This document shows, piece after piece, positions 29,154 through 37,929 of a stretch of 41,200 bases of DNA. The notes beneath the pieces are model-generated. The model worked only from the letters and a program-made list of their open reading frames with translations. It did not search any database and was not told where the DNA came from. The DNA is taken from the sequence record SRR20825010_1851; one strand, 5' to 3'. Each line of letters begins with the position of its first letter. Position 1 is the stretch's first letter. The position numbers were made by a program, and so were the translations under genes.

Positions 29154-29208
29154 GGCTCTATCAGATTCCGTGCGGCTCGATGAAGTTCATCGAACTTCCG
29201 CGCCTGAT

Positions 29209-29225
29209 GTTAAAAAGGACTTAAC
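29209..29225. promoter_or_regulatory. CtrA-type box 1 (GTTAA-N7-TTAAC)
   Basis: GTTAA-AAAGGAC-TTAAC matches TTAA-N7-TTAAC on both strands. Confidence 0.55.
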
Positions 29226-29242
29226 TCCTTTAAATTACAAGC

Positions 29243-29260
29243 GTTGCACTTTTGTGACAT
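29243..29260 (-). promoter_or_regulatory. Probable Pho box upstream of phoR
   Basis: Minus strand ATGTCAC-AAAA-GTGCAAC resembles the Pho box direct repeat. Confidence 0.55.
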
Positions 29261-29344
29261 TTTTATTTCGTCGTGAAATGATGTTTTTTTACAAAATACA
29301 CGAACGAAGGTGAATTATGGCCTAGACCGTATGCATTTTACCCT

Positions 29345-29361
29345 GTTAAACTATATTTAAC
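29345..29361. promoter_or_regulatory. CtrA-type box 2 (GTTAA-N7-TTAAC)
   Basis: GTTAA-ACTATAT-TTAAC lies ~60 bp upstream of the GTG at 29423. Confidence 0.6.
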
Positions 29362-29422
29362 TCTAGCGAATTAATGATTTAGACGCTACACGGTTGGGAT
29401 TAGTCTTTGGAGGCCGCATCAA

Positions 29423-30214
29423 GTGGACGATCAAAAACAGGATACCAGTGATTTTATGGAGCGCCGCCGCCAGCTGTTGAAGCTTGGTGCTGCGGGCATG
29501 CCCATGATCCTGACGCTGAAAGCATCAGCCAACCAGACCATACATTCGGCCCTTGACTGTGTGTTCCAGCTTAGCTCTGCCGTTAATATCCTTGTGGACC
29601 ATGAGGGCAAGGTTTGGGTTGGCAGTAGCACGATCGATCAAGGTTCGGGCGGCACACTGAAAACCAGTGACATTGCCAGCTTTAAAAGCAACGCGGATTT
29701 TGCCTTCCCTGCAGGCACAGCACCGGGCGATTATGTTCCCGATGAATGCCCTGACGACCCATGCGACGGTGACAGCAGTGGCGATTGGGATGATGACGAC
29801 TGGTATTTCGGCGGTAGCGGGCGCGACCTGCTGCAGGAGCTGATGGATAGTGGCAGTATTTCGTCGTTCAGTGGCAAAGGCAAAGGCAAGAGCGACGACG
29901 ACGACGATGACGACGGCTGTGGCAGCAGCGACGACGACGACGATGACGACGATGATTGGGATGATGATGACGGGGGCTCGAGCGGTTCCAGCAGCACTTG
30001 GACCGAGTGCGGCTACAATTATTACGAAATTACTGCCAACACCACAATTACCCCGCTCGACTATCTGAACGGTAACGGTGATTGGCAGATCAGTGGTACC
30101 AATGGTCTCTATATCGTGCTCGGCGCTAAATATCTGGATTACTACGGTAACGATGGTGGTTTCCCTGGTATATCGTGCTTGCACTCGATCCTGACCTATC
30201 TAGAGACATCATAA
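29423..30214 (+). CDS. Twin-arginine-leader, six-Cys, Asp/Ser/Gly-rich protein; putative substrate of the downstream RRE/kinase/nucleotidyltransferase
   Basis: GGAGG RBS at 29409-29413; leader RRRQLLKLGAAGMPMILTLKASA; SALDC; poly-Asp tracts; C-terminal GISCLHSI; first gene of a tightly coupled four-gene run. Confidence 0.85.
   Translation: MDDQKQDTSDFMERRRQLLKLGAAGMPMILTLKASANQTIHSALDCVFQLSSAVNILVDHEGKVWVGSSTIDQGSGGTLKTSDIASFKSNADFAFPAGTAPGDYVPDECPDDPCDGDSSGDWDDDDWYFGGSGRDLLQELMDSGSISSFSGKGKGKSDDDDDDDGCGSSDDDDDDDDDWDDDDGGSSGSSSTWTECGYNYYEITANTTITPLDYLNGNGDWQISGTNGLYIVLGAKYLDYYGNDGGFPGISCLHSILTYLETS
29891..29951 (+). repeat. Perfect 25-bp direct repeat / GAC microsatellite encoding Ser-(Asp)7
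   Basis: AGCGACGACGACGACGATGACGACG at 29891-29915 and 29927-29951. Confidence 0.9.
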
Positions 30215-30230
30215 AGGCGCCCAATAGTCG

Positions 30231-30554
30231 ATGCCGCAGGGCGACAAGATATATAATGATGACAGATGGCTTTGGTATGCTGACCAGAGCCATTTTTCTG
30301 TCGAGGCGCTGGGCGACATCAGTTATGTCTATTGCCGCCGGTCTGGCAGCACACATGTGTTCAACCTCGTTTCCATTGAAATGCTGCAATATCTCACTAT
30401 CGCTCCGCGCCGTGTGTCTGAACTTGTTGAGGCCTTCCCTTCTATACTGGGTGTTTCACGCGAGGAATGCCCGCGCGGGTTTGTGAAACGCATCTTTGCG
30501 GAGCTGGATGACGCAGGCCTTTTGACAGCGCGCGCTGCTGGGGGCAAGCCATGA
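30231..30554 (+). CDS. PqqD-family RiPP recognition element (HPr-rel-A system type, TIGR04353-like)
   Basis: 107 aa; three-strand/three-helix pattern with VYCRRSGSTHVFN and C-terminal ELDDAGLL; sits directly before the HprK-like kinase. Confidence 0.85.
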   Translation: MPQGDKIYNDDRWLWYADQSHFSVEALGDISYVYCRRSGSTHVFNLVSIEMLQYLTIAPRRVSELVEAFPSILGVSREECPRGFVKRIFAELDDAGLLTARAAGGKP

Positions 30555-31480
30555 GCCTGACACCTCTCGAGGCGCTTGGGCGCGACAAGATCACTGCGGC
30601 ATTGAAGGCGGGGCATTTGAACTTGCACCTCGGGCCTTTTGTCACATCCCTGAAGAGTCGAAGCGACCTTGTGGCGGATTTCCTTATGGATACCTACCGC
30701 GATTGCCCAGTGAGCGTGGACGCCGATGAACTGGTTGATTATGTGCTGTCTGTCGGGCCACCGAACAGGCTTCGGCGTTTTATTCGACCACAGGTATTGC
30801 CTGACCCCGGATTTTATTTCCCTGCCATCCCGCTGCCTGCACGCATGGCCGCTCTTGCGCTTGAAATGGGTATGAACCTGAGCGCGGCGTTGCAATGTTT
30901 TCGTTTCACCATGTTTCACGCCGGTGTGGTGGCAAAGGACGACAAAGCAATCATGATTGCAGCGAACTCCGGCGGCGGGAAAAGCACATTGACGGCTGCG
31001 ATGATGGAACAGGGTTTTCGCTTGCTGTCAGATGAATTTGCAGTATTACGCCGCGATGGGCTGGGCTTGATGCCTTACCCGCGGCCGGTATCGCTCAAAA
31101 AAGCATCGGTAGATATTGTGCGGGCTTTTGCAGGCGATGACGCCGTTAGCCCCGCGCTTGAGGGCACACCGAAGGGCACTGTGGCATATAGGCGCGCGCG
31201 GGCAAGCGATATTGCCGCGATGGCGCAGCCAGCCGAGCCCAAGCTTATTGTCTTCCCGAAATTTGAGGCTGAAGCTGAAGCCTCGGTTGAGCCTGTTGAG
31301 CCTGCTGACGCACTGATGCGGCTGATAGCGGGTTCCCCCAACTATCAGGTGATTGGTGAAGACGCATTCCGCTCAACCTTGCAGATGATGCAGGGCGTGA
31401 AGTCGTTTGAAATCACCTATGGCAATACGGAAGACAGTATTCGTCTTGTTGAGAGCCTTTGGGCTGAGGCCGCGCCATGA
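30551..31480 (+). CDS. HprK-related kinase A (TIGR04352-like)
   Basis: FHAGVV, P-loop AANSGGGKSTL, RLLSDEF, PRPVSLK, GTPKGTVAY; ATGA overlap with the PqqD gene. Confidence 0.9.
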   Translation: MSLTPLEALGRDKITAALKAGHLNLHLGPFVTSLKSRSDLVADFLMDTYRDCPVSVDADELVDYVLSVGPPNRLRRFIRPQVLPDPGFYFPAIPLPARMAALALEMGMNLSAALQCFRFTMFHAGVVAKDDKAIMIAANSGGGKSTLTAAMMEQGFRLLSDEFAVLRRDGLGLMPYPRPVSLKKASVDIVRAFAGDDAVSPALEGTPKGTVAYRRARASDIAAMAQPAEPKLIVFPKFEAEAEASVEPVEPADALMRLIAGSPNYQVIGEDAFRSTLQMMQGVKSFEITYGNTEDSIRLVESLWAEAAP

Positions 31481-32487
31481 AGCCTGCCTTCTTCAAAAGT
31501 GCTGTTGGGTTAAGGCCTTTTCCTGAGGAGCGGGGAGAGCTGAACGCTTTTGTGCGTTGGGCCGGACGCGGGCATATCATGGGGCAGGTTGCCGCTGCAC
31601 ACGAGGGTGAAGCCACAGGTAAGCTCAAAGACATTGTTGAAAACGCGCGCATCCGCAGCGCACATGACCGTCGCATGCTGGAGTTTGAAGCCGGGCGTAT
31701 CCGTCGTGCGTTACTGGGCAGCGGTATTGAGCCGGTTATCCTCAAGGGCAGCGCTTATGTGGCCAAGGGCCTGAGAGCCGGACGAGGCAGGCGCGTGAGT
31801 GATATCGATATTCTGGTACCTGAAGTATATATCACGAAGGTGGAAGAATTGCTCACGGTTGCGGGCTGGCAGCCCGAGCTGACAACAGCCAGCAATTATG
31901 ACCAGCAGTATTACCGCAAATGGATGCATGAACTGCCACCCATGCGCCACAGCAAGCGCCGCACGCTGGTTGATGTGCACCACAGGCTTTTGCCGCGCAC
32001 GGCGCGTTTGCAGCCTGACCATCTGGCGATAGTTGATACCGCCGTGCCAATAGGCGAGATGGGCGTGAAAACCTTCGCGCCGCGTGACCTCTTCATCCAC
32101 TCTGCCATCCATATCTTTGCAGACGGTGCGCTAGAGACCCCGGCGCGCAGCCTGATTGAGCTTTATTACCTGTTTGACGACCTAAACGCGGACGAGCGCC
32201 GCACGTTGGTACACCGCGCAGCGGAAGTAGGTGCCATAAAACCGGTGCGTGCGGCCCTTTGGGCGGTGGGTCGCTATTTTGATGATGCGCAGGCCCATGT
32301 TGTGCTGAAATCCATCGGGCCGTGGCGTATGGGGTTTGTGCTAAGGGCTTGTGTGAAAACACTGGTGGCTGAAAACGGCTTTGTACCGTTTGCCAAACTG
32401 GCGCTTTATATCCGTAGCCATTATATGCGCATGCCGCTTGGCCTGCTGATCAGCCACCTTTTCAAGAAAGCTACGCGGCGTAGCTGA
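31477..32487 (+). CDS. Nucleotidyltransferase (NTP_transf_5/PF14907-like)
   Basis: VILKGSAY, GRRVSDIDILV (DxD), YDQQYYRKWMHELPP, VDVHH, YIRSHYMRMP; ATGA overlap with the kinase gene. Confidence 0.88.
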   Translation: MKPAFFKSAVGLRPFPEERGELNAFVRWAGRGHIMGQVAAAHEGEATGKLKDIVENARIRSAHDRRMLEFEAGRIRRALLGSGIEPVILKGSAYVAKGLRAGRGRRVSDIDILVPEVYITKVEELLTVAGWQPELTTASNYDQQYYRKWMHELPPMRHSKRRTLVDVHHRLLPRTARLQPDHLAIVDTAVPIGEMGVKTFAPRDLFIHSAIHIFADGALETPARSLIELYYLFDDLNADERRTLVHRAAEVGAIKPVRAALWAVGRYFDDAQAHVVLKSIGPWRMGFVLRACVKTLVAENGFVPFAKLALYIRSHYMRMPLGLLISHLFKKATRRS

Positions 32488-33139
32488 CAAGCTCCGGCAG
32501 CTCAGAGAGGCCGCTGATCACTCTGTCTGCCCCCAACTCATGCGGGGCGACGTCGGTATAGCCAAAATCAACCGCCACAGAGGGTGCTTTTGTAGCGCGC
32601 GCAGCAGCAATATCATTGATGCTGTCACCCACCATGAGGAAAGTACCATCGCCGTGCATTTGTGCCGCTGTTGCCAGCAGGTGCCTGGGGTCAGGTTTTT
32701 TAAACGCGAAGCTGTCTCCGCCTGTAACCGCATCAAAATAATGGTTGACCCTCAATGCCTTGAGGAGCGGTTCTGTTAGCGTCATCGGCTTGTTGGTGCA
32801 TATGGCAAGCGAAAATCCTTTGGCTTTGAGCGTTTCGAGCATCTCAACGCCGCCTTCAAACACGTGGGTGTCATCGGCGATATGCGCGCGGTAATAGTCG
32901 AGAAACACAGGCAATAGTTCAGCTGGGTCATGATTTTCCATGCCCCCTGTGGCTTCAAGACCCAGTTCGATCAGGCGCTTGGCGCCGAAGCCCACCATGT
33001 GACGCACTTGTTCAAGCGTCACGTGCGGCCGGTTCACATGCGCGAGCACATGGTTTGTGGCGGCATATAGGTCTGGCGCGCTCTCGATAAGGGTACCGTC
33101 AAGGTCAAAAATGATCTTCTGGACATTAAAGATGCTCAA
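32471..33139 (-). CDS. gph: Phosphoglycolate phosphatase (HAD family)
   Basis: FDLDGTL, CTNKP, KKPDP, MVGDS..D motifs; 3' end overlaps the nucleotidyltransferase gene by 17 bp. Confidence 0.88.
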   Translation of the reverse strand: MSIFNVQKIIFDLDGTLIESAPDLYAATNHVLAHVNRPHVTLEQVRHMVGFGAKRLIELGLEATGGMENHDPAELLPVFLDYYRAHIADDTHVFEGGVEMLETLKAKGFSLAICTNKPMTLTEPLLKALRVNHYFDAVTGGDSFAFKKPDPRHLLATAAQMHGDGTFLMVGDSINDIAAARATKAPSVAVDFGYTDVAPHELGADRVISGLSELPELVSYAA

Positions 33140-33391
33140 AATCTGATCCTAAATCTTTGGTGGAAATGCCTTAATCTTAAAATAGTGTGCCTGAAGCTAC
33201 AGATTAGAAATGGGTGCGCGCAAGCTCTTTTAAAGGCTGCTATAAGGGCTGCACTGGTCCGAGACAGCGTTTTCGGGCATGATATGGGTTGCGCCCTTTT
33301 TGCACTCGTGGTTTATAGGGTCATTAAGTTGCGCAATAAGAGTTTCTTTTGAAACTTTTGGAAACATTAACAGGAATGATGCCGAGGTAAA

Positions 33392-34768
33392 GTGATGAGT
33401 GACTGGCGGCCAGACAGCTGGAAATCACGCCCTATTGTACAGGTGCCTGAATACCCAGACGTAGATGCAGTAAACCGTGTGCAGGACGAGCTTACAAGCT
33501 ATCCGCCTTTGGTGTTTGCTGGTGAAGCCCGTAACCTGAAAGCCCAACTCGCTGATGTCGCGGAAGGCCGCGCCTTTCTGCTGCAGGGCGGTGACTGTGC
33601 AGAGAGCTTTGCTGAGTTTCACCCCAACAACATTCGCGACACGTTCCGCGTGTTGCTTCAAATGGCTGTGGTGATGACATTTGCGGCTTCTTGCCCTGTG
33701 GTGAAAGTGGGGCGCCTTGCGGGCCAGTTTGCCAAGCCGCGCTCTTCGAACACTGAGGTGCTGGACGGCGTTGAACTGCCGAGCTACCGCGGCGATATCA
33801 TCAACGGCCCGAATTTTGACGCTGAAAGCCGGGTGCCGGATCCCGGGCGCATGCTGAAGGCATATAGCCAGTCAGCCGCGACACTGAACCTTCTGCGTGC
33901 TTTTGCGCAAGGCGGGTATGCGAACCTGATGTCGGTGCACCGCTGGAACCTGGATTTTGTGTCCAAAAGTGGTGCGGGTGAAAAATACCGCGAACTGGCA
34001 GACCGGATCGGTGAAGCGCTTGCGTTCATGCAGGCCTGCGGTATCGACCCTGACAGCGTGCATCAGTTGCAAGGCACAGATTTTTATACAAGCCATGAAG
34101 CGCTTCTTCTTGGCTACGAACAAGCGCTCACCCGTGTGGATAGCACCACGGGCGACTGGTACGACACATCTGCACACCTTCTGTGGGTGGGTGACCGCAC
34201 CCGCCAACTTGATGGCGCGCATCTTGAGTTTCTCTCCGGCATCGGTAACCCGGTTGCGGCCAAGGTGGGCCCAACGACCGAGATTGACGGCCTGTTGAAG
34301 CTTATTGATAAGCTGAACCCGAAAAACGAAGCTGGTCGTCTGACCCTCATCACCCGCTTTGGCGCTGATAAGGTTGAAGAACACCTGCCGCGCCTGTTGC
34401 GAGCCGTTAAGGCTGAAGGGCGCAAGGTTGTGTGGTCATGCGATCCAATGCACGGCAATACACAAACCTCGCAAAGCGGCCTCAAGACCCGGCCATTTGA
34501 CCGGGTGCTCAAGGAAGTGAAGCAGGTATTTGCTTGCCACAGGTCTGAAGGCACTTACGCGGGCGGTATTCACCTTGAGCTGACCGGCCAGAATGTGACC
34601 GAATGTATCGGCGGCGCGGTAGCGATCACGGAAGAGGGGCTTTCAAGCCGCTACCACACACACTGTGACCCACGCCTCAATGCTAGCCAGTCGATCGAGA
34701 TGGCCTTCCAGCTCGCTGAAGCGCTGAAGGAAGAACGTCTCGCGATGGCGGAAACTGCCGCAGCATAA
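33392..34768 (+). CDS. Class II DAHP (3-deoxy-7-phosphoheptulonate) synthase
   Basis: [48 protein letters not shown]. Confidence 0.97.
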   Translation: MMSDWRPDSWKSRPIVQVPEYPDVDAVNRVQDELTSYPPLVFAGEARNLKAQLADVAEGRAFLLQGGDCAESFAEFHPNNIRDTFRVLLQMAVVMTFAASCPVVKVGRLAGQFAKPRSSNTEVLDGVELPSYRGDIINGPNFDAESRVPDPGRMLKAYSQSAATLNLLRAFAQGGYANLMSVHRWNLDFVSKSGAGEKYRELADRIGEALAFMQACGIDPDSVHQLQGTDFYTSHEALLLGYEQALTRVDSTTGDWYDTSAHLLWVGDRTRQLDGAHLEFLSGIGNPVAAKVGPTTEIDGLLKLIDKLNPKNEAGRLTLITRFGADKVEEHLPRLLRAVKAEGRKVVWSCDPMHGNTQTSQSGLKTRPFDRVLKEVKQVFACHRSEGTYAGGIHLELTGQNVTECIGGAVAITEEGLSSRYHTHCDPRLNASQSIEMAFQLAEALKEERLAMAETAAA

Positions 34769-34790
34769 ACGACACATTTATATGTGGTTT

Positions 34791-34820
34791 AAAGGGCGGC
34801 CAACTGGTCGCCTTTTTCTT
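34791..34820 (+). terminator. Rho-independent terminator after DAHP synthase
   Basis: AAAGGGCGGCCA-AC-TGGTCGCC-TTTTTCTT stem-loop followed by a T tract. Confidence 0.85.
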
Positions 34821-34858
34821 GTCTTGTTCATATTCGCCAATAAGGGTAAAAGCGCCCC

Positions 34859-36529
34859 ATGAATAGAGCTTTGTCCATATATCTTGCGCAGTTGAACGCA
34901 ACGGTTGGTGCGATTGAGTTGAATGCCGATCGCATCGCTGAAGCCTATCGTGGCGGCGCGGCGGCGGGGGCTGACCTCGTGCTGACGCCTGAGCTTTCGC
35001 TGACCGGCTATCCGCTTGAAGATTTGGTGCTCAAGCCTTTCTTCGTGCGACGTGCGATGGAAATGGTTGAGACGCTTGCGGCGCTCACAAAAGGCACAGG
35101 TAAGCCTGGGTTGATTGTTGGTGCACCTTGGTATGAGGGTAAAGCGCTGCATAACGCCGTTTTCCTTTTGGAAGACGGGGAGATCAAAGCCATCCGCTTC
35201 AAGCGCGAGCTACCAAACTATGGTGTGTTCGATGAAAAGCGCGTGTTTGCACCGGGGGATACAACGGCCCCAATCGAGTTTCGTGGCGTCAGCCTTGGTG
35301 TCCTCATCTGTGAAGATATGTGGTTCCCGAACTGCGCCGAAACTTTAAAGGCGCAGGGCGCAGAAATACTGCTTGTGCCCACCTGCAGCCCGTTCGAGCT
35401 TGATAAACACCCTGAGCGCAAAGTCCACGCCCGGAACCGGGTGGATGAAACCGGTTTGCCGCTTGTATTCTGCAACGAGGTTTGCGGGCAGGACGAACTG
35501 GTGTTCGAAGGTGCAAGCTTTGTCATGAATGCGAATGGCGATGTACCGGTGCAAATGGATGCCTGGGCTGAGCAGGAACTGATGACCGTTTGGAACCGCA
35601 CCGGTGACATTTTCGAGTGCGTGACGGCGTTTGAGGGTTATGTCCCTGACCGCATGGAAACCATGTATCAGGCGATGATCCTTGGCCTGAAGGACTATGT
35701 GAACAAGAACCGCTTTCCGGGCGTTATCCTTGGCCTGTCTGGTGGCATTGATAGTGCACTGTCTGCCGCTGTGGCGGTTGACGCGCTTGGAGCTGACCGG
35801 GTGCACTGTGTGATGATGCCGTCACGTTATACGTCTGGCGAGAGTGTAGGCGACGCCGAGAAATGCGCGCAGGCGCTTGGCGTTAAGTATGACACAATTG
35901 CCATCAAGCCTGGCGTTGATGCGTTCGATGACATGCTTTCAGACGCGTTTAAAAACACATCGCCAGACACAACGGAAGAGAACATCCAGTCCCGCCTGCG
36001 GGGGCTTCTCCTTATGTCGCTTTCCAACAAGTTTGGCCATATGGTGCTGACGACAGGCAACAAGTCAGAAGTGTCTGTGGGTTATGCCACACTGTACGGT
36101 GATATGTGTGGCGGGTATAACGCGCTCAAGGACGTTTATAAAACAGATGTATTTGCGCTTTCACACTGGCGAAATGTGAACGTTCCTAAAGGCGCACTGG
36201 GTCCATCTGGTGAGGTGATACCGGAAAATATCATCACCAAACCGCCAACAGCAGAGCTCAGGGACGACCAGAAAGACGAAGACAGTCTACCGCCATACGA
36301 CGCCCTTGACGATATGCTCAGGTGTCTGGTGGACGAAGAGATGTCTGTCGCGGAAGTGGTGGAACGAGGGCATGATGCGGCGGATGTCGCGCGTATCGAG
36401 CACCTTTTGTACATCGCCGAGTATAAAAGGCGGCAAGCCCCACCGGGTGTGAAGATCACGCGCAAGAATTTTGGCCGTGATAGGCGGTATCCTATCACTA
36501 ACGGCTTCAGGAGTGCGAAGAGGGGCTAA
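34859..36529 (+). CDS. nadE: Glutamine-dependent NAD+ synthase
   Basis: Nitrilase-like domain (PELSLTGYP, LPNYGVFDEKR, ICEDMW) plus GLSGGIDS, TTGNKSE, GYATLYGD, AEYKRRQAPPG. Confidence 0.97.
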   Translation: MNRALSIYLAQLNATVGAIELNADRIAEAYRGGAAAGADLVLTPELSLTGYPLEDLVLKPFFVRRAMEMVETLAALTKGTGKPGLIVGAPWYEGKALHNAVFLLEDGEIKAIRFKRELPNYGVFDEKRVFAPGDTTAPIEFRGVSLGVLICEDMWFPNCAETLKAQGAEILLVPTCSPFELDKHPERKVHARNRVDETGLPLVFCNEVCGQDELVFEGASFVMNANGDVPVQMDAWAEQELMTVWNRTGDIFECVTAFEGYVPDRMETMYQAMILGLKDYVNKNRFPGVILGLSGGIDSALSAAVAVDALGADRVHCVMMPSRYTSGESVGDAEKCAQALGVKYDTIAIKPGVDAFDDMLSDAFKNTSPDTTEENIQSRLRGLLLMSLSNKFGHMVLTTGNKSEVSVGYATLYGDMCGGYNALKDVYKTDVFALSHWRNVNVPKGALGPSGEVIPENIITKPPTAELRDDQKDEDSLPPYDALDDMLRCLVDEEMSVAEVVERGHDAADVARIEHLLYIAEYKRRQAPPGVKITRKNFGRDRRYPITNGFRSAKRG

Positions 36530-36591
36530 ATATTGCCATTCTTCTTTGAATAAATCTATATATAGTAATTACTTAGCTAAGCTAACTGGAA

Positions 36592-37929
36592 ATGAAAATG
36601 ACTGTTAAGGTACGTTTCGCCCCATCACCCACAGGCAAATTGCATGTGGGTAACATTCGCGCTGCTCTTGTGAACTGGATGTTTGCACGGCAGCAGGGCG
36701 GCACCTTTGTGCTTCGTATTGATGACACGGATCAGGAACGTTCCACCCTTGAGAATGAAGAAGCTATTCGGGCAGACCTCACATGGCTTGGCCTCACATG
36801 GGATGAAACATTTCGCCAGAGCGACCGGTTCGCGCGGTACGATGCTGTTGTGGAAAAGCTGAAGGTGGAAGGCCGCCTTTACCCATGTTTCGAGACAGCT
36901 GAAGAGCTGGAGATGAAGCGCAAGATCCAGATGGGCCGAGGCAAGCCTCCTGTATATGACAGATCGGCGCTGAACCTGACAGATGCTGAAAAAGCAGCGT
37001 TTGAGGCCGAGGGACGCAAACCTCACTGGCGCTTCAAGCTGGAGACACCTGCGCGTGTAGACTGGACCGACATGATCCGCGGTGATGTTTCCATCGACCT
37101 TGAGGCGCTCAGTGACCCGATCCTGATCCGGGAAGACGGCTCATACCTCTACACGCTACCAAGCGTGGTGGATGACGTGGATTACGGCATCACCCACATT
37201 GTGCGTGGTGAAGACCATGTAACCAACTCTGCCGTACAGGTTCAGATATTTGAAGCAATCGGTGGCAAGGCGCCTGAGATGGCCCACTTTGCGCTGCTGA
37301 CAGGCAAGGGCGGTGAAGGCCTTTCGAAACGCCACGGCGCGATGTCGATTGAGGAATACCGCGATGAGGCAGGCATTGAACCAATGGCGATTGTGAGCTT
37401 ACTTGCCCGTGTTGGCACGTCTGAGCCGATTGAGCCGTTTGTGGACGCGCAGCCGCTCATCGATGGGTTTGATTTTAGCAAGTTCGGCCGCTCGACAGCG
37501 AAGCTGGACCCGGCAGACCTTGATATGCTCAACGCTAAAATCCTGCACATGACACCTTATGATGCGGTGAAAGACCGGCTCGCCGGTGTAGATGAGGTTT
37601 TCTGGGCGACGGTTCAGCCCAACCTCAACAAGCTCGCTGACGTGCAGGAATGGCTGAGCATCGTAAACGGCCCGGTAACGCCGGTGATCGAGGATGCGGA
37701 GCATATGGCCAAAGTGCGGGAGCTGTTACCGGACGGTGAACTGGGCGCAGATAGCTGGCAGGTTTGGACTGGCGCGATCAAGGACGCGACAGGGGCCAAA
37801 GGCCGTGCGCTCTTCATGCCGCTCAGGCAGGCGCTGACAGGCCAGAATCACGGGCCGGATATGGGCGCGCTGTTGCCGCTTATTGGGCGTGAGAAGGTAT
37901 TGAAACGCCTTGAGGGCCAAGCCGCATGA
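36592..37929 (+). CDS. gltX: Glutamate--tRNA ligase
   Basis: VRFAPSPTGKLHVGN, LRIDDTD, RGEDH, LSKR, LFMPLR. Confidence 0.96.
   Translation: MKMTVKVRFAPSPTGKLHVGNIRAALVNWMFARQQGGTFVLRIDDTDQERSTLENEEAIRADLTWLGLTWDETFRQSDRFARYDAVVEKLKVEGRLYPCFETAEELEMKRKIQMGRGKPPVYDRSALNLTDAEKAAFEAEGRKPHWRFKLETPARVDWTDMIRGDVSIDLEALSDPILIREDGSYLYTLPSVVDDVDYGITHIVRGEDHVTNSAVQVQIFEAIGGKAPEMAHFALLTGKGGEGLSKRHGAMSIEEYRDEAGIEPMAIVSLLARVGTSEPIEPFVDAQPLIDGFDFSKFGRSTAKLDPADLDMLNAKILHMTPYDAVKDRLAGVDEVFWATVQPNLNKLADVQEWLSIVNGPVTPVIEDAEHMAKVRELLPDGELGADSWQVWTGAIKDATGAKGRALFMPLRQALTGQNHGPDMGALLPLIGREKVLKRLEGQAA

Noticed and set aside
29525-30184. 219-aa minus-strand ORF with Val/Ile runs resembling membrane segments
   Set aside because: Antisense shadow of GAC/GAT (Asp) codon runs in the 29423-30214 gene.
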